Part shown: one piece after another, positions 54,223 to 64,000 of the stretch
Numbering within the stretch: position 1 is the first letter of the stretch
Layout: each line of letters opens with the position of its first letter
Source: Adineta vaga
Lineage: Eukaryota; Animalia; Rotifera
Reading direction: 5' to 3'
Assembly: GCA_021613535.1 (NCBI GenBank)
Contig: CP075495.1
Location: 10,168,001-10,232,000, forward strand
DNA length: 64,000 bases
Notes under the pieces: model-generated
Database searches by the model: none
What the model was told of the DNA's origin: nothing
What the model saw: only the letters and a program-made list of their open reading frames with translations
Position numbers and translations under genes: made by a program

Positions 54223-55338
54223 ATGAATGATTCTTTAACTTATTCGCATGTTAACCTTACACGATGGGCATCGAGTATATTATCACCAATGATATTGTTG
54301 GGTTGTGCTATTGGAAATATAATATCCTTCATGGTTTTATTACGGCCACGTCTTCGTCGTCAGACAACATCGATCTATTTAGCTGTCCTTTGTGTTGCAG
54401 AAATGGGTACATGTTATACAGGATTACTACGACAATTTTTACTGGATGCCTTCAATTTAGATATTCGATTAATAAATTCCTTTACATGTCGTACACATAT
54501 TTATTTAACTTATGTATTTCTTCGTTTAGCTCCACTATTATTAGCATTGGTTACATTACAACGTTATCTTTATGTCAGTCAACGTGCTGCTTGTTCGCTA
54601 AGATCGACATGTGTACAATTATTTTGTTTATTTTTGTTTGTTTGCTTAGCTGAATTACATTTATTTATCTTCTATGATTTAACTTATTCAGATACGCGAC
54701 CAAGAACAGATGATGTACCATTTGAATGTACAGTTGATAAAGTACACCATAAAAGTTACTATGAATTTCGTAGTAAAATATATCCGAAATTAGCACTGGT
54801 AGCGTATACAGTTATTCCATTAGCAATTATTATTCTTGGAAATGTTCTACTAGTTCGAACAGTTCGACAAGCATCAAAACGATCACGTTCAACAACACGA
54901 AAGAAACGTTCAGTAACAAGAATGTTATATGCTGTTAGTGTTCTTTATACGGTATTAACATCTCCTGCATCGATATTTCTTGCTGTAGCACCAACAAGTT
55001 ATCAATTAGCACCAGCATTTCGTTTACAATGGACATTACTTCGTTTATTATTCTATTTATGTCATTCAGTCAATTTTCTTTTATTTTGTGCAAGTGGAAC
55101 ATTTTTTAGACAAGAATTTGCTTCATTTGTCCGCTCGAATTGTGGATGTCGAATCGATTGGACGAATTCTTCAAATCAACCATTAACAGTTGCTGGTATT
55201 ACGAAATTTGAAGAAGAAACATTGGCTCCAAATATGAAATATCTACATCAAAATAATTTAAGTTCGAACAAAACTGAACAATATAGTTCGAGATTGACTG
55301 AGCGAATTTCAATGGAAAGTCAACCAACATCAGTATAA
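54223..55338 (+). CDS. Rhodopsin-like peptide-receptor-type GPCR; 7TM in one exon, possible extra 5' exon at 51888-51956
   Basis: GCAIGNIISFMVL, TTSIYLAVLCVAE, CRTH, VTLQRY, YTVIPLAIIILGN, SVTRML, HSVNFLLFCASGTFFR. Confidence 0.9.
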   Translation: MNDSLTYSHVNLTRWASSILSPMILLGCAIGNIISFMVLLRPRLRRQTTSIYLAVLCVAEMGTCYTGLLRQFLLDAFNLDIRLINSFTCRTHIYLTYVFLRLAPLLLALVTLQRYLYVSQRAACSLRSTCVQLFCLFLFVCLAELHLFIFYDLTYSDTRPRTDDVPFECTVDKVHHKSYYEFRSKIYPKLALVAYTVIPLAIIILGNVLLVRTVRQASKRSRSTTRKKRSVTRMLYAVSVLYTVLTSPASIFLAVAPTSYQLAPAFRLQWTLLRLLFYLCHSVNFLLFCASGTFFRQEFASFVRSNCGCRIDWTNSSNQPLTVAGITKFEEETLAPNMKYLHQNNLSSNKTEQYSSRLTERISMESQPTSV

Positions 55339-55492
55339 ACAGTTGAATAGAACTCAATCGATATATTTATGAATCATCTTTTCCTCTTGTTAATCATAGC
55401 TTTCTATTTTTATTTTGTATTTCATATCGATCACAGATAAAAGGCGCGCATAAATTTTAGAAAAAAAAACACATAAAGCCCAGCAATAGAAT

Positions 55493-58400
55493 TTATCGTA
55501 TACCTAAATCAATAATATCTTCTGAAAGAATTGTTTGTAGAGCACGTGTTAGATCTGCTTTCATTTCTTTCAATGAACCTGGCCGACGATATTCATCTTG
55601 TGATAATTTTGTACTGGAAATTTGTTGCAAACGAATAGGCCGTTTAACATCATAAATCAGTTCATAACCTCCATTTGAGTATCGACGTTGAGGATTGACA
55701 TCAGCAATACGTTGCATATCTCGTTCAATTAATTCAGGATTTTTTGCATACAAATGTGCACCTATATGACATAGATAGAAATAGAAATGAAATGAAGTCA
55801 CTGAGTTTGTTGCATTTACCCCAGTGCATTGTTTGAACCATGAAATTTTTTCTTGCAATTTGTTGTTTAACATTCTTCGATAATAATGGCATAAGAACTT
55901 CACCCAATTTCAAACAAACAAAAACGATATGCTAAAAAACGAAAATATTTTGTATTAATCTATACAACTAATCGTAAGAAAAAACAGACTTCGAATACAA
56001 TTAGAAAAGCAAGACGAGCAACCATAATAACATAATAATCATGATTTGTTTGATATGGTCTGGAATCCCATGGTGGAGTACGATGATCTTTATAACTAAA
56101 AGACAAACGATTTGTTTTTCTTCTTTTTCTAAAAACGTTTTATTCCAAATCAAAATGATTTCTTACAAACAATAAATATTTGTTGAATTCAATTTTGTTA
56201 ATGATGTCGCTGAAAAACGATTGATTTCATAAGCTGATAGAGTAAAATTAACATAATTGACTAATGTACGGTTTTGACTTCGAGAATATTGATAAACAAG
56301 GCGAGGAACAAAATCTGATGTTAATGCGATAAGTAAACCCTAGAGTAGAAAGAAATAAAATAATTATTCTCGAATTTGATTCGATCTTACATTTGTTAAA
56401 ATAGCTAATTTCGATATTGCAGCAATGATTAAACGCCAAATACCTGAGAAAAAGAAACTGATTTCTCAAAGAATGTTTGATTTTTGATTGACATACCTAT
56501 ATCAGCAACTTTCTTAGCAACAGGTCGACGTACATCACACACAAATTTATGTGCATCAATTCGAATTTCGACAATATTATTGAGGAAAGCACAAAGTGGA
56601 GCAACTAAAACGAAAGAAACCAAAACATAATATTCTTTTCATGAACTTTATCAACTGTAGAGATGAAGTAAATAAAGTACTTAAAGCTAATCATATATTT
56701 ACCGGAAATCATCCAGCTCAGTTGTATTTTCTTATAATAATATAGAAGATATTCCATGGTTATAAATATTACCTTTCAAACTAATTAGGAACTCTACTCG
56801 TCTGGAGTTAACTTCCTTCTATCAGATTACAGAGTAGTTCATTCGCGCGACTCTTTTTACACCTGAGAAAAAAAATGTTCCCAGATGTATTGAAATCTTT
56901 TGTTTGAATTGATGATTATCTTACAGAAAGTTCTCATTCGTAATAAATATACAAAATTCATTTTGAACTATACATGTGCAAATTTTGATAGATGGAAAAA
57001 AATTTTATCAATTTTTTTTTGTTCTGGAAAATATCCAACTGGAAAATGACATTTTGATCTGTTCGTACGGAAATTATTTAGTAATCGAAAGACTGGTAAA
57101 TGTCTCTGTAAGACATTTTATTATTAAATTACTTACGCGGAAAGGCAACGAGAAACATTGTAACAAATCCATATTGAATAACTAAAATATCAAACAAAAT
57201 GTAAATAAAATTCTACACATTGATTCAATGAAATTCTTCATACTTAATTCCAAATATTCATAAAATAAAGTTGTTGTTGTCCATCTTTCCAACCTAAACA
57301 TCAGATTATTTCAATAGGAAGTTTAATTTTTAGGTATGAAATTTTTACATAAAATCGTCTTCTTGTGGTCGTTTACTATACCAATGAAGTGTATGATGAC
57401 GTCGATATCTCATTTGTTTGAATGCATTTCGATGCACAAGTAGTCGCCGAAAATAAGTCCAGAATTTTCTTAAGAAAAAAACAAACAAAAGAAATAAGAA
57501 ATTATTTAAATAATTCTTTTTGTATTCTTACACCATGCCAACTTCAAATAGATTATTAATAACTTGTTTTCCTACGAGTATAACCAATAATTGAATAGAT
57601 AGTTCCACTAGACAACCACTTGCTTCACACTATGAAGAAAGTACATAATATTATTTCAAATTCAGGAGAATTCTTCTTACTTCTTCAGTTTTATATTTGC
57701 CTATTTTATAACTTTCGGTACCAGGTGGATTAGCAAACCAAGGTTTAATAAATGCAATGTAAAAAATACTTGCATAGAAATTAACAAATTGAAATAGAAA
57801 CATTTTTAATGTTAAAGCATTTTCATAATCTTTTTCTGTTCGATGAATTTCTATTCAAATCAAATCATTGAAGAAATCGTTCGAATAGAAAGAAAGAAAA
57901 CTCTATTTACCATAATCTGTTAACCAAATTGCAATACGTTCATAGAGCGAGCTTAATGCAATAATAACAACAAGATTTATAAATGCACCAGTTATTGAAG
58001 CAACATGTGGAGAATAACGACGAACAAGTTCGGGTGTACGTGTAGAACTAATTGTAGCTTTAATACTAATTCGATAGAGTACAACGCCGAAAACAAAACT
58101 CAATACCAAACAAATCTAAATGAAAAAAATTTGATTAATCATCGTAAAGAAAAATTCTTTTTTCATTATTTTCAACGAACCATCATAGCAACAACTGAAA
58201 ATGATGATGCAATCTTTGCACATCGTTCCCTTGTTGGCATGTACTGTTCGACAACACCAGTTATTGGATTGATACGTGTCGTTCGTACTTTACGTTTAAA
58301 ATCTGGTCGTGGTTCATCTAAATTAACACCACCACCATTACCATCCATTAAGTCAAATGTATCCCATTCGTACTAAAAATTAAATCTAAATTATGAAATT

Positions 58401-60114
58401 GAAAGTGAATTCAATATTTACTTGATATTGATATTCTGCAACATCCCATGCTGGAAGAAATAATGCTGACCAAACTGTTACAATTGCTGCATAACCAACT
58501 GTCGCTTTATTATCAAATAGAAATGCCATCTATATGATCAAAATAAAGAATTTCGAAGAAAATTGTCTTTTTTTCGTTACCTTAGCATAAAGACAATCTT
58601 CACCAAGTACCCATAATTGTCGATGTGATCGCGGACACATGACTGTATCTGCCAATCGATTGCATATATCATTACTAAAAATAGAAAATCATAAATTATC
58701 TATGTTAGACGATAAAATTAGCTTACTGACGTCGGTACATCATGTTTCATTGCCCAAAGTCCATAGAAAAAAACTGAAAGACCAAGAACACAAGGAAGAA
58801 GCAACATTTGAATATACCTAAAAGAAAAGAAACATACAAAAATTCTTTTCTCATTTTATCAAAATCCTATCATTGAAAATACCATCGTAACCAAGAAAAA
58901 TACAATGCAACATGTTCACCAAAATAATCTTTTATATGACTGATTGGTTGATCTTTAAAAACATTACCTATTTGACTCCAATACCACCATAATTTCTACA
59001 TAAATACTTCGATAAAAATTGATAAAAATCAAATTTCATATATACAAACCATTCGATCAAATGTATTTCGATGTTCACCTTTCATCATGATCCAAGATGG
59101 AATCATATGTGGTTCAATACGTTTTAATAAAGGCTAGAAACATAATAACAATAGAAAGTAGAATAAAATCAATTTGATTTACTGCATGTAATGGATAACA
59201 ATCATCATAAACTTGATCTCGAAGAAGAAGTTCAATACCTAGAAGAAAATCATTAGAACATTTGCTTTTCTTGTAGGATGTGTACATTCTTATTCTCTCG
59301 AGTACATGTTCGTTTACTCGCATACAATCGGAACAAATACACTATTTTCTATTGTTAGAGTATAAGTCAATATAGCAACAATTCATCAATGATATTAAAT
59401 ATCGAAAACATTTTCTCCTTACCTGAACTTGTCGATGATCCAGTAAAGATCTTCTCCAATTCTAAGACACGTCTTTCTTTCACATCACCTGTACCTTGTA
59501 AAACTAGAGATAATAAAGAAAAGTAAATCAATTTGATGTTTCATATTTGCAATTAATATTTTATGAACCTTGTTGTTCTTCAAGTTCAGATTCTAATGTT
59601 GTATCAAATGGTGTACGTAATAAACAATCATAAACAAGTCGACTACGTTGTGCTGGAGTAAAATATGAATCACGAGAATTACCACGTATTGTATCAAATA
59701 AGGGTTCAAATCTTTTAAACAATAATAATTCATAACGTTTCATTTTGACAATTTAATTCCTACCGATATCTTAATGTTTTATCATATTCAGCAAGAAAAT
59801 AATGTTGCTCTGGAGGAAACATAGTTCGATCAATTTGTGTGAATGGTAACCATGACATAAGATAATCAAATGGCATCTTTGGAACGGATGGTGTACGATT
59901 TTCCTAAATATTGAAATAAATTATTTATGACAAGTAGAAAAAAATGTTTGTCGCTTTATTCTCTGTTGATATAATCTAATCTCTTCCCTCGAGTCAAACG
60001 TGTTCAATTTGTAGATTCTCGCATTCTCAGAAACGTCATTTCATGATAGAAAATGAAGCAAAAGAAAATCACAATTTCCCCGAGGACAAACAAGTTAAAA
60101 GAAAGAGAGAGGAA

Positions 60115-60156
<42 letters not shown>

Positions 60157-60972
60157 TATTACTTTTTATAGATAAAATCATTCTATCCATTTCGTATGAA
60201 CTTACTTCGATGGGTAATTTCATTCGTGTTTTTTCGGCCAATTCAAGAAGAAGTTCAAATGGTGCATGAAGACGAACAAATCGTTTTACAGATTGTTGTT
60301 GTGATGGTTCTTTAGATTTCTTTCGACGATGTCGATGTCGACTGAATATTCGATGATTAGTTAAATTATTTGTTGCATCATCATCGTCGTCATCATCATC
60401 CTTATGCCTTGATTCCTTATAAAGATATAAAGTTACAAAAAAGAAAAGATTTTTAAAATAAAGAATCTACCAATCCTCCGACAATATCTTGTTCTTCAAT
60501 AATAAACCCCACTGATTGAAGTCGTTGTTGAAATTCCTGTCGACGTTGCTTATTAATTGTCGAATCTCGAACACCAAGACTATAGACAAGAACAAAATCG
60601 ATACGTCGTCGTCGTTGTTGTCGACTATCATGATCATTGCCAGTACTTAGCGTTGTCAAGTATAGTTGACGATCGGCCTCTTCAAGCCAATCAACCGGAC
60701 GCTAAGAAAAAGTAACAAAAACAATAACAATCGTTTTTCCTGTGATATTTATCTTGTAACACTAACGAATAAAGAATCATGACTCGAAAATTGATCAATA
60801 GATGAACATTCTTATTAAGTTTCAAGCAGGAAGGAAGAGCGAACAAGAGAGACAATATGCACGCAAATGAAAAACACAACATGCATATCCGCAATTCTCT
60901 TCTACTTACGAGCCGTAATAAAGTTTGACAACCACCACCACTAGCGCTGCTATCACCAGATTTTTTGCTCAT
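55493..60972 (-). CDS. Anoctamin/TMEM16-family protein (about 20 exons)
   Basis: RRIDFVLVY, FVRLHAPFELL..AE, YFTPAQRSRLVY, YPLH, QPISHIKDYFGE..ALYFSWL, HRTEKDYENALTLKMFLFQFVNFYASIFYIAF, GCLVELSIQL, YEYLE..QYGFVTMF..AFPLAPL.AFLNN.VEIRIDAHKF; first exon MSKKSG..TLLRL splices in phase 0. Confidence 0.93.
60120..60155. repeat. (AAT)n microsatellite in an anoctamin intron
   Basis: About 12 tandem AAT units. Confidence 0.9.
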
Positions 60973-63900
60973 TAATCAACGATTTTAATTGATAAATTGT
61001 ATCAATTTCACTTGGATTTTATAATTTCAACAAACTTGATGAGAGGGAATAATAATCATTGTCATATAACGCCTATATGCGTGTTTACGCGGCCAGAATA
61101 ATTAAAACGACTGTGTATGTGTATTTTACCAAAGCGGCTTTGTCTTCTTCTTCCCTTTCGACTGCTTCTATTTCTTCTTCTAGTTTTTTGCTACTTCCCT
61201 TTATTTCTGCTTCAGTTTTTGAGCATCTAGCGAGACGATAGTGTGTGTATGCGAATGAACGCCTGAGCGAAGCAAAGAGAATGTAAGGACAGAGAGTGAC
61301 GTTGACGTTAGCCTCAAAGAGTACTTCTTCAACGTAGGGAGAAGAAAAGAATGGGAAAGAAAAGAGAAAATATTAGAAAGCATACGAAAAAAATTTCTAG
61401 ATTCTTATATATATATATATATATATGAGTTCCTGGTTGGTTGAAGTCCGGATGAAGAAATTATTTACGGGTGCAATATGATTAAATTGATTAACAGCCT
61501 TTGAATATGGATAAAATACATGATCTTTTATCAAGAGATAAAGAAACTGAATTGATACATAATCATTCAAATAGGAAACACCAACCTGTTACAAAACTAG
61601 TTTGATTCTGATATTATATCTAATGTTTCCAATTACATCGAATTTATTCTATTGATATTTACTATGTGAATAGAAAGAAAATCAACTTGTTTTCTTCGTA
61701 TACTTGATTACCGAACAAAACTAAGTCCGATAAAAAAAAGTTTCTTTTCTTCTTCATGTAAAATCATTATTCTCAATTGTTTGTGTGCTTCGATAAGCAT
61801 TTATTTTATGAGAAATCTACTATAGGAAAGAGTTGACTTTTTCCTATTAACAATCATTGAAACATGCAAGATTAACAATTGTATTGTTATATCTTGTCAA
61901 CAAAATATATTTATATGAAAAATTTCCTTCTCTTTCTCCTATTGTTCCGAATCAAAACAATAATACTATCAATTAGAACGTATTACTGTTGACAAATCTT
62001 CGATAATTCTATTAGAAATAATCGTAATTTGAATTGCTATTTTTTTCAATAAAATCTGGATCTTTTCTATTTTCTTCTAATCAAAGCACGATCATGCAAA
62101 AATCTATCCTATTATCGTTCATGTCAATGTCATGGAAGAAACTATAGGTTTCTTTTTCTCCTACTATGTAAATTTGTTTCTTTTTTATTTTAACAAGTGA
62201 TATGTCGTATCAAAGAATCGGAAGACTAAATAAGTAAAAGAAGAAGAAAAAAGAAAGAAAGTTTTATGCGTTCGTCTACATTACACTTAATGCAAACTAA
62301 TGATTATTCTATTTCTTCTTCTTATGTATTTGTTGATCGTCAAAAATTCTTGTCCTGAATATAATTAAAACTATGAATAATGAAATACTTCAATAGACAT
62401 ATGTATTCAATTTGCTAAAGTATAGATGCCAACTTCCAATTTGAATACACTCGACAATACAATATCATTCAGTACTAATGATTTTTGTTATTATTATTAG
62501 TTCAATTTTTCGAATAGGTCTATATGTTGGATCAATTCTCATTGTAGTATGTCTTATTAGACAATACAATCAAACCAGAACACAAAAAATAGCTCTTCAT
62601 CAATTCTATATTTATTTTCATAAATGTCCACTACATTGTGTTACTTGAACTATATATAGATCAAGTTAAAATATAATCAATATAAAGATACATAGTTTTT
62701 TTTTATTATGATGATAAAGTCTTCCATGAAACATGTAATATAATATGCATCTATCTTCTTTTTTTTCTATCATGATCATGACATTGAATTCATTACTATT
62801 ATTGACACGACATGTTATAGTTTGTAGAATATAGAGAAGTAAAGAGAAAAAAAGAAGACTTCATTCTTGTGATTTTGTTATTGATATGAATCTATTCTTC
62901 ATTACTCTACATCTTCAAATCATTCGATGTAGAAATCAATCTTGATTTTCTGTAGAACAATAATCTTCTTTCGTATATAAGAACATAATATTACTTTGAA
63001 AATGTACAATGTTATTTCAATCTTCTGATTAATGAAATGAACACGTAAGAGAAGTTAAGATTTAGATTTGATTATTATCTATCTTGGTGTAAATTTCATT
63101 TCGATAATATTCTTTGTCAAAGACAATACCTCGAATTAGAAAAACTCTCTATGTCAGATTAGTTTCGTATAGACATGAAAGAAATAGGAATTCATATTAA
63201 TTTAATCATCAATGCCAAGGATTTCTTTTTCTCGCTCATATCTATTCTAGACGAATATATTAATATAAATCAATCAGACAATTATCGTTCTCTTTGAATA
63301 TTTCTCCGGTAGAAGAGCAAAGAAAACGACTAGAGACCAAACGACCATAAATAGAAATTGTACTTCGGAAAAAACTATTACTATTCGATATGAATGTTTT
63401 TCTTCTACAATAAATAAAAGAAAAGACATCAGCGCAAATAGTAGTTCTTTGTTTTCTAACGATCGTTTTTACTTTTGCACTTATTTCTAATGCGCTTAAA
63501 ATGGTCCTTGAATTATGATAAACTTCATTCTTAAGTACATTTAAATAAATCTCTAAGATTGAACACAAATGTTCTTCAGAAACAATTTTATGCGTTTTCC
63601 TTCTTAATCTTGATGATGAAGATTCAGACAAATGAATTAGTTCTTTATTATACTGAAAGGGAAACATATGTCATAAATAGTTTATAAACAAAAGCGATTT
63701 GTCTGGCCACCACAGATGGTCTACATTTCAAATTGGAAATTTTGAGATAAAAAATTGACTTTGTACAATCTGATTAGGAATTTGTGGATAAAAGTCTTTA
63801 AAAAAGTTTCATGTTACTCTGCATCATGCGTTAAACATGTAGATCAAGGTTTGCGTGAATTGAAATATAGAGATTGATTCATTGTGTCGTCTTTTGATCA

Positions 63901-64000
63901 ACATATAGAATTTCATAAGCAATTTCTTTTGTCAGAAGATCTCTTATGTGATTGATTATTATATAGATATATCAATCTTCTATTCCTATGACTCCTTTTT

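Noticed and set aside
63260-63667. 135-aa minus-strand ORF, possible TE or gene relic
   Set aside because: No recognisable motif and no convincing exon chain; cannot support a call

Overview
AT-rich eukaryotic (animal) genomic DNA. It is gene-dense, with many ~45-60 nt GT-AG introns; composition, intron size and gene families suggest a bdelloid rotifer (inference). Spliced genes reconstructed by eye, left to right: a partial orphan gene (-), ZDHHC3/7-like palmitoyltransferase (+), tryptophan hydroxylase (-), WD40 protein (+), calpain-15/SOL-like protease (-), TRPV-like channel (-), two tandem ARM-TIR-SAM genes (+), WDR1/AIP1 (-), PI4K type II (-), sedolisin/TPP1-like peptidase (+), orphan class A GPCR (+), stand-alone polycystin channel domain (-), a second class A GPCR (+) and an anoctamin (-). 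Four observations stand out. (1) The TPH catalytic core is spliced in frame to a ~367-aa N-terminal exon that replaces the usual ACT regulatory domain and resembles a LINE ORF1-like protein. (2) The two TIR genes carry the SARM1 domain set in a different order, with the catalytic Glu retained; they share gene-conversion tracts, show a G/C skew inversion, and each has a frameshift. (3) The sedolisin looks fungal (candidate HGT). (4) The calpain has a Cys-His-Asp triad. Exon boundaries and base counts were read by hand and are approximate; no database searches were run.
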